DNA of 64,000 bases from Bacillota bacterium (GCA_029960955.1 JASBVS010000018.1:4297-68296), one strand, 5' to 3'; shown: positions 47,878-56,949, counted from the stretch's first letter. A program made the numbers and translations. The notes: generated by a model from the letters alone, not told the origin.

Positions 47878-48549
47878 ATGGCGGAGAGGAAACCCCTACA
47901 GGCGGCGCAGGTGACGCCCGGTCCCTACCCGGGCGGCGTGCCGACGCCGACCGAGGTCGACTGCATCCTCGTCGACAAGGTCTACGACTACTGCTCCCAG
48001 GCGGACTCCCGGGACGCCACCTTCACCATCCCGGAGACGTGCACGCCGCCGGTCCCCGCGGGAACGACCGTCGACTGCGCGACCGGAACGCCCACCTGCA
48101 CGCTGGGCACGCCCACGCCCGTCCCGACCCAGCCCGGCTTCGTCAACGTCTCGGTCGTCGTCACGATCCCGCTCACCTTCACGCTGATCAACGCGGACGG
48201 AACCACGCGCTGCACCTTCACCGACACCTTCACCGCGCTCAAGACGATCACGCTCTACGCGCCGACGGGCACGACCATCGACTGCGAGGTCACCTCGGCC
48301 AGTTGCGGCCCCTGCACCGCGACGGCCACGCAGATCTTCTGCACCATCGGCTTCTGCCTCGTGCTGGAATCGACGGCCCGGGTCAAGCTGCTGGTACCCA
48401 CCTACGGCTTCTGCCTGCCCGCCGAGTGCGTCGTCTCGCCGGTACCGCCGCAGCCCTGCCCGCCACCCTTCCCGCCGCAGTTCGTGCCGACCCCGCCCCC
48501 GACCGGCTCCGGCACGCCCGCCGGCGCCGGATGGCCTGCCGCCTCCTGA
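47878..48549 (+). CDS. Cys/Thr/Pro-rich spore coat/exosporium protein (CsxA-like)
   Basis: DCILVDKVYDYC at the N-terminus and VKLLVPTYGFC..C..CPPPFPPQ at the C-terminus; many Cys; strong RBS; ATG at 47878 inside the track ORF 46321..48549. Confidence 0.75.
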   Translation: MAERKPLQAAQVTPGPYPGGVPTPTEVDCILVDKVYDYCSQADSRDATFTIPETCTPPVPAGTTVDCATGTPTCTLGTPTPVPTQPGFVNVSVVVTIPLTFTLINADGTTRCTFTDTFTALKTITLYAPTGTTIDCEVTSASCGPCTATATQIFCTIGFCLVLESTARVKLLVPTYGFCLPAECVVSPVPPQPCPPPFPPQFVPTPPPTGSGTPAGAGWPAAS

Positions 48550-48585
48550 AGGCCCCGGAGGGACGGGAGCGCCCCGGGCCCAGCC

Positions 48586-48620
48586 GCGGGGCGGGCGCCC
48601 TGCCCGGGCACCCGCCCCGC
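48586..48620. terminator. GC hairpin between convergent genes
   Basis: GCGGGGCGGG.GCCC-tgccc-GGGC.CCCGCCCCGC. Confidence 0.45.
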
Positions 48621-48631
48621 CCCGGAGTCCG

Positions 48632-49663
48632 TCAGCGGGCCGCCGGAGCCTGCTTCCGCGCCAGGAGGCGGACGGCGAAGGACCGCGGCTCGGATTTGAT
48701 CCCCGCGCCGAGCCGCCTTCCCATCTCGCTCAGCAGCCGGTGGGCGTCCGCGTCGCCGGCGATCAGCTCGGCGCCCCGCGGCGACTCGCCCGCCACGCCC
48801 CAGGCCAGGCAGAAGGCGAGCAGGTCGCGGAAGGCGAGCCGCGGCGAGCCCGGCCCCCCCTTCTCGTCGGCCACCCGGTCGGCGAGCGGCGTCAGGAGGG
48901 GCGTCAGGAAGTCGAACCGGTCGTCGGTCACCAGCCTCCCGGTCAGCGCCGCTCCGCTCTCCCCCTTCCCTTCCCGCTCCGCCGCCCCGAGGAAGGCGCT
49001 CAGGCTGCTCGAGTCCACCAGGCCGAGCGGCTCCTCCCCCTCCCCGCCGGGCACGCCCGCGAGAAGCGCCTCCGCCGTCCAGACGCGCACGGGCGAGGGG
49101 CTCCCGCCGTTCGGGGCCCGCTCGCCGTCGGCGGCGGCCGGCGCCGCGCCGTTCTCCACCCGGTTCCGCCGCTTGACGCGCTGGCGGTTGTTCCGCGTCA
49201 GCCGTCCCTGGTCGAGCAGGCCGAGCCAGCGCTGGAGCGCCTGGATGCGGCCGCGGTCGAGCTCCTCCGCGGAAAGGTCGAGGCGGAGCGAGGGGCGGAT
49301 GTCCTTCCACGTCCAGCGACCGGGAGGAAGCTCCCAGCCGGTCAGCCCGCCCGGCGCCACCGTCAGCATCCACTGCACCGAGCCCAGCGCGCGGATGTAG
49401 CGGTCGTAAAGGGGAGGAGGCGGCTCCAGGCGCCCCTCCTCCCCGATGGCGATCATGGCGACGGGCACGCCGTCGCGGTCGAAGAGCGTGAGGTCGGGAA
49501 GCTCGTCGCCGACCAGGTTGCCGGCGAGGATGTCCGCCGGGTCGTAGCCCAGCGGCGCCAGCAGCAGCTCCTGGACCAGGCCCAGCACCTGGAGGAAGTC
49601 CCGGGCGCCCGCCAGCGCGGCGACGAAGTCGCCCAGCTCGGACGTTCGCGCATTGCGGGGCAT
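48632..49663 (-). CDS. Hypothetical protein with a degenerate HsdR_N/PD-(D/E)xK-like N-terminal domain
   Basis: ELLLAPLGYD..LPDLTLFDRDGVPVAMIAIG..YIRALGSVQWMLT resembles HSDR_N but lacks E-x-K. Confidence 0.55.
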   Translation of the reverse strand: MPRNARTSELGDFVAALAGARDFLQVLGLVQELLLAPLGYDPADILAGNLVGDELPDLTLFDRDGVPVAMIAIGEEGRLEPPPPLYDRYIRALGSVQWMLTVAPGGLTGWELPPGRWTWKDIRPSLRLDLSAEELDRGRIQALQRWLGLLDQGRLTRNNRQRVKRRNRVENGAAPAAADGERAPNGGSPSPVRVWTAEALLAGVPGGEGEEPLGLVDSSSLSAFLGAAEREGKGESGAALTGRLVTDDRFDFLTPLLTPLADRVADEKGGPGSPRLAFRDLLAFCLAWGVAGESPRGAELIAGDADAHRLLSEMGRRLGAGIKSEPRSFAVRLLARKQAPAAR

Positions 49664-49773
49664 GCCTTCGAGCTTGCGCCTCCCTGCATGCCGCCATTCG
49701 GCAGCGAGTCCGGCGACCCCTGCAGCGCGAGGGCGGCGCCGGCACGCGACCGCCGGCCGCCGGCCTCGTCCGC

Positions 49774-52700
49774 TCACTCGGTGGAGATGGCCGGGTCCAC
49801 CTGCTCCGTCTCGGGGACGAGCGCCAGGAAGTGCTCCGCCGCCGAGGCGGCCAGCGCCCGGATCCGCTCCGCTTCCTGCGGCTGGCCGGAGGCCTCCAGC
49901 TCCTGGGCGTACTCGCCCAGCAGCTCGCGCACGTCGCCCAGGCCGCGCTCGCCCAGCGGCGCCAGGCGGACGCGCGCGCCCTTGGCGACGCGGCGGCGGA
50001 GCGCCGCCTCGTCCAGGCCCCAGGCGGGCTCGTGGCGCAGGTAGACGACGCCCCCGGTCATGCCCGAGCAGAGCCAGGGTCCGGGGTCGCCGAGGACGAC
50101 GGCGCGGCCCGCGGTCATGTACTCGAAGCCGAAGCCCTTGATGTTGGCGCGGGCGGCCAGGCAGCCCAGCTCGTCGCGGATCGGCTGCGCCGGCTCGCCG
50201 CCCAGGACCACGTCGGCGCCGGAGAGGCGGATGCCGAAGCGGGCGTCGGCGCTGCCCTGCACCAGGAAGAGCCCCCGCTGGGCGCCGTAGGCGAAGCCCT
50301 TGCCGACGCTTCCTCCCACCCAGCGGCCGCGGCCGTTCGGGCGCTTGAGGACCACCACGCGCCCGCCCAGCGCGGTCCTCGCCGCCCCGTCCTGGGCGCC
50401 GCCGACGGCGCGCCAGCTCTCGCCGCGCAGGCTGAAGGCGCCGAAGCCCTGCGGCGCGATCCCCTCGCTCACCTCCGTGCGCGCCTGGCGGGGCGCGAAG
50501 AGCTCCACGGGGTCCTCCAGCCGCCCGGCCGCCTCGCCGGCGCGGTCGGCGCCCGTCCCGGGCAGGCCGCCGGCCGCGGCCTCCTCGCGGACCAGCGCCC
50601 CGACGCCGTCGGGGCCGGGCGCGGGCGCGCCGGCCGCCGGCCCGGCCGCCCGGCTCCCGCCGCCGGGCAGCTCCGCCTCCGCCCCGGCGGGCTCTCCCTC
50701 CGGCTCCCGCCAGGGCGGCGACGCCGCCACCGGCTCCGCGGCGCCCGAAGCCGTGGCCACACCCGGGAGGGCGGGAAGGCCGGCCGGCCGGATCAGCCGG
50801 GCGAGGCCGAGGCGCGTCCCCTCGCGCGCCGGCACCAGGCGCCAGCTCTGGCCCACCAGCTCCTGGGCGCGGCGGACGCCGAGCTCGGCCACGCGCGCGC
50901 GCAGCGACTCGCCCAGCGCGGTGAAGAAGCGGACCAGGCGCTCCACCGCCTCCTCGTACGCCAGCGGCTCGAAGTTGCGCAGCCCGCGCGCCTGCGCCTC
51001 GGCGCGGTCGCGGATCTGGGTGGCGATGCCCACGTGGCAGGTGTCGGTCTGGCAGGAGCGGCAGGCGGTACAGCCCACCGCCACCATGGCCATGGTGCCG
51101 AAGCCGCAGCGGTTGGCGCCGAGCAGCATCAGGCGGAGGACGTCCTCGGCCGACTTGACGCCGCCGTCGGCCCAGATCTCCACCCGCTGCCGGAGGCCGG
51201 CCTCGACCAGGGCCCGGTGGACCTCGCTGACGCCGATCTCCACGGGCAGGCCGGCGCGGCGGATGGCGTGGAGGCGGGCGGCGCCGGTGCCGCCGTCGAA
51301 GCCCGAGACGGTGATCACGTCGGCGCCCGCCTTGGCGATGCCGACGCCGATGGTGCCGATGTTGGGCACCACCGGCACCTTGACGGCGACGCGGAGCCCC
51401 GGCCGGACCCGCTTCAGCGTGGCGATCAGCTCGGCCAGGTCCTCGATGGAGTAGAGGTCGTGGTTGTTGGACGGCGAGATCAGGTCGACGCCCGGGCGGG
51501 CGTTGCGCGCCCGCGCCACCTGCTCGGAGACCTTCCTGCCGGGGAGGTGGCCGCCCTCGCCGGGCTTGGCGCCCTGGCCGATCTTGATCTCCGCCATCCA
51601 GGCGCCCTCCAGGAGCGCGCGGTGGACGCCGAAGCGGCCGGAGGCCACCTGGATGCCGCGGTTCATCGGGTAGCGGCCGACCAGGTCGGGGATCTCGCCG
51701 CCCTCGCCGTTGAGCGCCACCATGTTGAGCCGCGCCGCCGCCTCGGCGTAGGCGCGATAGGCCGTCTCCCCCTGGCTGCCGAAGGACATGGAGCTGATCT
51801 CGAAAGGAAGCGCGTGAGGCCCGACGGAGAGGTCGACCTCCTCCGGCGCGATCCCCTCCAGCGGCGTCGCCACCTCCAGCGCGTGGCGGAGGCTGATCGG
51901 CTCGCGCTCCGCCATCTCCTGGAGCCGCCGCTCGAACTCCGCCGGCTCCAGCCGGCCCAGGGCGAGCTCGCCGCCCAGCCGCCAGACGCGCGAGAACCAG
52001 CGCGGCGGCTGTGCCAGCCGGTCGTCGGCCTGCCCGCGGGCGACGCGGTAGCGCTCCAGCGCGTCCTGCGCCAGCCGCGCCCAGCCCTCCCCCGCCGGCG
52101 CCGGCACGAAGGCCGGCATGTCGAAGTAGGCGACCAGCTCCTCGGGCAGCCCCACCGAGCTCATCAGGCGGCCGTAGCCGCGCAGCTCGTGGATGCCCAG
52201 CGTGGAGAGCACCTTCTCGACGCCGGCGGCCAGCGCCTTGAGCAGGCGGCGGAGAGCCGCCTCCAGCGCCTCCGCCTCGGGGGCGGCGCCGCCCTCCGCC
52301 CCACCCGCCCCGCTCGCCTCGGCCGCCGTGCGCGTCCCCACCTCGAAGAGCCGGTAGGGGTTGAGCGCGTCGGCGCCCAGCGCCATGGCCAGCATCAGGT
52401 CGTGGAGGTTGCGGAGCGCGCCGGAGCGGACCAGGATCGTCGTCCCGCGCCGCAGTTCGGCCAGGCGGAGCGCCCGGTCGACGGCCGCCAGCGCCAGGTG
52501 GACGTCCAGCGGCAGCGCGCCCGGGGCGAAGAGGCGGCGGTCGTCGAGCAGGAGGACCGCGGCGCCGCCGCGGACGGCCTCCACCGCCGCCGCGGCCAGC
52601 CGCTCCACCGCCCGCCGCGGCCCCTCGCCCTCGCCGAAGAGCGGCTCCAGACGGGCGACGCGCTCGCCGCGGCGCGCGAACTCGTCCAGCAGCTCCTCCA

Positions 52701-54540
52701 GCCGGCAGGTGCCGAAGTCGGCCGCGACCGCCTGCTCCCGCTCCCGGGGGAGCCGGCCGCCGCCCCCCGCGGCGCCGCCCAGGAGGAGCGGGACGCGCAG
52801 CTCCAGGGCCTCCCGGTCCGCCGGGTGGTCGAGCCTCGGCCGCCGGCCGAGGAGCGTCCGCGTGGAGAAGTGCTCCACCTCGCGCTCGCGGTCGATGGCG
52901 GGGTTGGTGACCACCGCCACCGTCTCGTGGAAGAAGTCGGCCAGGTTGACGCGCTGGCGGCTGAGCGCCGCCAGCGGCCCGTCGTAGCCCAGCGAGCCGA
53001 TGGGCTCGGCGCCCGTGCCCGCCTCCGCCTGCGCCAGGCGGACGTCCTCGGGCTCCCAGCCCAGCGCGGCCAGGACCGGCTGGCGCCGCGCCCAGGCGTC
53101 GCGCAGGCGCATGCCGCCGGGCGCCTCCAGCGGGCGGTCGTTGGGCAGGTCGGGGCCGCCCCCCGCCGTCCGGCCCGGGGCGACCTGGGCGGGCGGTTCG
53201 GGCACCGCGCCGCCCTCCACGGAGAGCGAGGCACGCTCGCGGAGGCGCAGGCCGACCTCCAGGGCGGCGCGACGGAAGCCCGAGGGGAAGCCCTTCCTGC
53301 GCCGTTCGGCGAGGATGACGCGGCGCAGCGACGGGTAGTCGAGCCAGCGGGCGCCGCCGCGCGCGAGGAGGAGCCCGTTCTTCTCGCCGGGGGCCAGCGG
53401 TACCGGCTCGGCCACCAGCTCGGCGAAGGGGACGACCCGCGGTTCGGAGGCGAAGAGGATGGCCGTCCCGGTCTCCAGCCGCCAGAGCGGCCGCAGGCCG
53501 AGCGCGTCGACCGCCGCCAGGAAGCGTTCCCCGTCCCGCGCCAGGAGCGCCGCCGGACCCTGGGCGTAGGGGCCCCAGGCCTGCCGGTGCCAGGCGTAGA
53601 GGTCCTGGAGCTCCGGCGGCAGCGTGAAGATCTCGTTGTGGAGCGGCGGCTGGAGCAGCTCGGCCGCCTCCCAGAGGCTGAAACGGTGCCGGCGGACCAG
53701 CGCCGCCAGCACCCGGTCCAGGTCCTGCGAGTCCGATCCGTCGCGCGCCAGCGGGATCCCGATCAGCCGCGCCTCCTCGCGCAGGCGGGCGACGGTGTTG
53801 ATCTCGCCGTTGTGGCCGAGCAGCCAGAACGGCTGGACGCGGGCGAAGGTGCTCGTGGTGTTGGTCGAGTAGCGGCTGTGCCCGAGCGCCGAGCGCGTCG
53901 CGAAGGCGGGGTCGGCGAGGTCCCGGTAGTAGGCGCCCAGCGTCTCCGGCCCGCCGCGCACCTTGTAGACCGCGGCCTGGCCGCTGAAGGAGACCACCTC
54001 GAGGCCCTCGCCGCCGAAGAGCTCCTCGAGCACGTTGGCCAGCCGCCAGCCCTCGGCCTCGAAGCCGCCCTCGCCCGCCTCCGGGCGGAGCAGGCCGCCG
54101 ACCTGCCAGAAGAGCGGCTCCTCCGCCCGCCCCCGCGGCCCGAGCACCGAGGGCTCGACCTCGTCGAGCGCCTCGGCCAGGATCCGGAAACCCTCGACGG
54201 CCAGCCGCTCGCGCACGCGGGCGCGGAGCGCCTCGCCCTCCCGGCCGCCACCCCTTCCTCCCGGAAGGAAGAGGTGGGCGACCGCGAACTCCCTCCGCCC
54301 GGCCAGCGCCGGCTCCTGCCCGGCCTCCGCCAGCCTCCGCCCCCAGAGCGCGCGCGGCAGGTCGACGAGCACCCCGGCGCCGTCGCCCTCGCGCGCCCGG
54401 CCCTCGCCGACCCAGCCGGCGCGGTGGTCCATCTCCGCGAGCGCGCCGAGCGCCGCCTCCAGCGGGTCGCGGGAGGGCCGCGCCTCCCGCCGCACCACGA
54501 GTACGAGCGCACAGGCGTCGTGTTCGGTCCTCTCCGGCAC
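49774..54540 (-). CDS. gltB: Glutamate synthase large-subunit-like protein
   Basis: EHDAC Ntn nucleophile; HSRYSTNT; HNGEINT; SDS; VTNPAID; SSMSFG; QVASGRFGV; KIGQGAKPGEGGHLPG; GFDGGTGA; CTACRSCQTDTCHVGIATQ; C-terminal GXGXG region (FEYMTAG..SGMTGG). Confidence 0.9.
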   Translation of the reverse strand: MPERTEHDACALVLVVRREARPSRDPLEAALGALAEMDHRAGWVGEGRAREGDGAGVLVDLPRALWGRRLAEAGQEPALAGRREFAVAHLFLPGGRGGGREGEALRARVRERLAVEGFRILAEALDEVEPSVLGPRGRAEEPLFWQVGGLLRPEAGEGGFEAEGWRLANVLEELFGGEGLEVVSFSGQAAVYKVRGGPETLGAYYRDLADPAFATRSALGHSRYSTNTTSTFARVQPFWLLGHNGEINTVARLREEARLIGIPLARDGSDSQDLDRVLAALVRRHRFSLWEAAELLQPPLHNEIFTLPPELQDLYAWHRQAWGPYAQGPAALLARDGERFLAAVDALGLRPLWRLETGTAILFASEPRVVPFAELVAEPVPLAPGEKNGLLLARGGARWLDYPSLRRVILAERRRKGFPSGFRRAALEVGLRLRERASLSVEGGAVPEPPAQVAPGRTAGGGPDLPNDRPLEAPGGMRLRDAWARRQPVLAALGWEPEDVRLAQAEAGTGAEPIGSLGYDGPLAALSRQRVNLADFFHETVAVVTNPAIDREREVEHFSTRTLLGRRPRLDHPADREALELRVPLLLGGAAGGGGRLPREREQAVAADFGTCRLEELLDEFARRGERVARLEPLFGEGEGPRRAVERLAAAAVEAVRGGAAVLLLDDRRLFAPGALPLDVHLALAAVDRALRLAELRRGTTILVRSGALRNLHDLMLAMALGADALNPYRLFEVGTRTAAEASGAGGAEGGAAPEAEALEAALRRLLKALAAGVEKVLSTLGIHELRGYGRLMSSVGLPEELVAYFDMPAFVPAPAGEGWARLAQDALERYRVARGQADDRLAQPPRWFSRVWRLGGELALGRLEPAEFERRLQEMAEREPISLRHALEVATPLEGIAPEEVDLSVGPHALPFEISSMSFGSQGETAYRAYAEAAARLNMVALNGEGGEIPDLVGRYPMNRGIQVASGRFGVHRALLEGAWMAEIKIGQGAKPGEGGHLPGRKVSEQVARARNARPGVDLISPSNNHDLYSIEDLAELIATLKRVRPGLRVAVKVPVVPNIGTIGVGIAKAGADVITVSGFDGGTGAARLHAIRRAGLPVEIGVSEVHRALVEAGLRQRVEIWADGGVKSAEDVLRLMLLGANRCGFGTMAMVAVGCTACRSCQTDTCHVGIATQIRDRAEAQARGLRNFEPLAYEEAVERLVRFFTALGESLRARVAELGVRRAQELVGQSWRLVPAREGTRLGLARLIRPAGLPALPGVATASGAAEPVAASPPWREPEGEPAGAEAELPGGGSRAAGPAAGAPAPGPDGVGALVREEAAAGGLPGTGADRAGEAAGRLEDPVELFAPRQARTEVSEGIAPQGFGAFSLRGESWRAVGGAQDGAARTALGGRVVVLKRPNGRGRWVGGSVGKGFAYGAQRGLFLVQGSADARFGIRLSGADVVLGGEPAQPIRDELGCLAARANIKGFGFEYMTAGRAVVLGDPGPWLCSGMTGGVVYLRHEPAWGLDEAALRRRVAKGARVRLAPLGERGLGDVRELLGEYAQELEASGQPQEAERIRALAASAAEHFLALVPETEQVDPAISTE

Positions 54541-54779
54541 CTGACAGCCCCCCCTTCCTGCGCCAGGGAAGGCTCCCGATCGCTCGGCAAGCCCGGACAT
54601 CTGCCGGCGGCCGGACAGGACCGCAAGGCGGCAGGCCGCCCCGAACCCCTCACCTCTCCGCCGCGAGCCCGTTCCGGCTCGCGGTCGAGTCCACCTGGGG
54701 CCCGGGACCCGACCGGACGCGCTTCCGGATCCGCCGGCTCCAGATGGTCTCTCCCACCGACGACAGGGTGTTGGTGCGG

Positions 54780-54808
54780 ATTATAGGCGCTGCGCGGGGA
54801 CGGGTCAA
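54780..54808 (-). promoter_or_regulatory. SigA promoter of gltB
   Basis: TTGACC-N17-TATAAT on the minus strand. Confidence 0.8.
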
Positions 54809-54983
54809 CGGTGGATCGACGTTTATCGTTAGTCGAAAGCGATTTGTGCGAAGGTTCCCAGCGGTCATCCCGCCGTGACTGCAGGTAAAGCGTCCAGGGC
54901 GGGCGGGGCGGAGCGGCTCCAGCCCGGCGCGCGCCGGCCGTTCCCGGGCGGCCTGCGGGAGGTGACGGCGGGCGGGCGCCGCG

Positions 54984-54992
54984 TGGTATAAT
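54984..54992 (+). promoter_or_regulatory. Extended -10 promoter for the leader/ABC operon
   Basis: TGgTATAAT. Confidence 0.7.
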
Positions 54993-55095
54993 CCGCCCGC
55001 TGTTCCATTCGATCGGACTTCGGCGTTCGGACGAGATCCTCCGGCGGGCCGGTCGCGTCGCCCGGACCCGCCGGGTGGCAAGGGAGGTGGCGGCC

Positions 55096-55194
55096 GTGCG
55101 CGTCCGGGTCCCCAGCGCGGTGTTCATCATCCAGCTCCGGCTCCGCTCTCCCCGGATCCGGAGGCGAACGGCCGGCCGCCCGAGCCGCGCCTGA
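55096..55194 (+). CDS. Putative 32-aa leader peptide
   Basis: AAGGGAGGTG RBS then GTG; MRVRVPSAVFIIQLRLRSPRIRRRTAGRPSRA*; lies between the promoter and a hairpin. Confidence 0.55.
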   Translation: MRVRVPSAVFIIQLRLRSPRIRRRTAGRPSRA

Positions 55195-55241
55195 AGGCGG
55201 TACGAAATCCGCCGGCAGGCGGAGGGAACGAGCCTTCCGTC

Positions 55242-55280
55242 GAGCGGTCCCGGCCCCGTCGCCGGGACCGCTCTTCGTCT
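55242..55280 (+). terminator. Attenuator-like hairpin ahead of the ABC ATPase RBS
   Basis: Perfect 13-bp stem GAGCGGTCCCGGC-cccgtc-GCCGGGACCGCTC followed by TTCGTCT. Confidence 0.6.
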
Positions 55281-55297
55281 GCGAGGAGGCGAACGAG

Positions 55298-56176
55298 TTG
55301 GATTCGCGCGCTTTCGACGAGGAGAGGCCACGGGCCGTCGCGGCGGTCTCCTCCTCCGGGACGGCGCCCGCCGTCCGCTGCATGGGCGTCGTCAAGCGCT
55401 TCCGGGAGCCGCTGGAGGCCGACGAGGCGGAGGCCGAGCGCGGCTGGCGCGAGCGGATCGGCCTGCTCGGCCGCCGGAGCCGCCCGGTGGAGGCGCTGCG
55501 CGGCATCGACCTGGTCGTGCCGGCGGGCAGCGTCTACGGGGTGCTGGGCGCCAACGGCTCGGGCAAGTCGACGCTGATCCGGCTCCTGGCCACGCTGCTC
55601 CTGCCCGACGCGGGGCGGCTGGAGGTCTTCGGCCACGACGTGGTATGCGAAGCCGCGGCGGTGCGCAGGCGGATCAACCGCGTCTCGGTGGAGGCTTCCT
55701 TCTTCAAGTCGCTGAGCGCCTGGGAGAACCTGCTCTACGCCGCGCGGCTCTATGGCCTACCGCCCCGCGCGGCGCGGGAGCGGAGCGCCGCCGTCCTGGA
55801 GCGGCTCGGCCTGCCCGCGCAGAAGCTCCGCGCGCGCGTGGAGACGCTCTCGCGCGGCCAGCAGCAGAAGGTGGCGGTGGCGCGGGCGCTCCTGACCACG
55901 CCCGACCTGCTCCTGCTGGACGAGCCGACCACCGGCCTCGATCCGCGCTCCAAGCGCGAGGTGCAGGAGTTCCTGGGCGAGATCCACGCCCGGGAGGGCA
56001 CCACCATCCTCCTCACCACCCACGACATGGACGAGGTGGAGCGCCTCTGCGACCGGGTCGCCATCCTCGACGGCGGGCGCGTGGTGGCGGAGGGGACGGT
56101 GGCCGAGCTGAAGCTGCGCTTTGCAGGAAGCGAGAGCGCCGACATGGAGGAGGTCTTTCTCCGGTGCACGAGCTGA
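55298..56176 (+). CDS. ABC exporter ATP-binding subunit (DrrA-like)
   Basis: GANGSGKST; LSRGQQQKV; LLLLDEPTTGLD; TTHDM. Confidence 0.92.
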   Translation: MDSRAFDEERPRAVAAVSSSGTAPAVRCMGVVKRFREPLEADEAEAERGWRERIGLLGRRSRPVEALRGIDLVVPAGSVYGVLGANGSGKSTLIRLLATLLLPDAGRLEVFGHDVVCEAAAVRRRINRVSVEASFFKSLSAWENLLYAARLYGLPPRAARERSAAVLERLGLPAQKLRARVETLSRGQQQKVAVARALLTTPDLLLLDEPTTGLDPRSKREVQEFLGEIHAREGTTILLTTHDMDEVERLCDRVAILDGGRVVAEGTVAELKLRFAGSESADMEEVFLRCTS

Positions 56177-56949
56177 GCGCCGGCTGGGGGCTGCTGGAGC
56201 GGAACTTCCACCTGATCCGCCGCTACCTCAGCTGGGAGGCCGTCGACTTCTTCTACAACGTGGTCAACGCGGTCACCATCGCGCTGATCGGCGTGCGGGG
56301 CGGCCCCTCCATGGTCCTCTACCTCCTGGTGGGGGCGCTCCTGTGGAACTTCCTGTCGATCATCTTCAACGAGGTGGCCAACTCGGTCCAGTGGGAGCGC
56401 TGGGAGGGGACGATCGAGTACACCTTCATGGCGCCGATCCGGCGGCTCACCTACCTGCTGGGCGTCTCCGCCTGGGCGGTCCTCTACGCCACGCTGCGCA
56501 CGGGGCTGGTGCTGGCCGTGGTGGCGCTCTTCTTCCGCATGCCGCTCCGCGCCGCCGACCTGGGGGCGGCGCTGGTGGTGCTGCTGGTGGCCAGCGCCAG
56601 CTTCATCGGCATCGGGCTGGTGGCCGCCATCCTGCCGCTGATGTCGCCCGAGCGGGGCGCGCAGGCGACGCACATCGTGCAGGGGGCGCTCCTCCTGGTC
56701 TCCGGCGTCTACTACGAGGTCTCGGCGCTGCCGGTCTGGCTGCAGCCGCTCTCCTGGCTCTCGCCGGCCACCTACACGCTCCGCGCGGAGCGGGCGGCGC
56801 TGCTGCACGGGGCGGGGCTGGGGCAGCTCCTGCCTGCGCTCGGCATCCTCGTGCTCTTCGCCCTGGTCACCATCCCCGCCGGCTACGCCGCCTTCCGCGC
56901 CGCCGAGCGGTACGCGCTGCGCACCGGGCGGCTTCACCGGAACGGCTGA
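56164..56949 (+). CDS. ABC-2 type permease
   Basis: WERWEGTIEYTFMAP; SGVYYEVSALPVWLQPLSWLSPATY; about 6 TM segments; GGAGGAGG RBS. Confidence 0.9.
   Translation: MHELSAGWGLLERNFHLIRRYLSWEAVDFFYNVVNAVTIALIGVRGGPSMVLYLLVGALLWNFLSIIFNEVANSVQWERWEGTIEYTFMAPIRRLTYLLGVSAWAVLYATLRTGLVLAVVALFFRMPLRAADLGAALVVLLVASASFIGIGLVAAILPLMSPERGAQATHIVQGALLLVSGVYYEVSALPVWLQPLSWLSPATYTLRAERAALLHGAGLGQLLPALGILVLFALVTIPAGYAAFRAAERYALRTGRLHRNG

Noticed and set aside
54541-54775. Glycine riboswitch or glmS ribozyme in the gltB leader (GGAGAGACC start)
   Set aside because: The downstream conserved cores (GCCGAAG..CTCTCAGG; GACGAGG..ATCGA) are absent; kept only as an unknown structured leader
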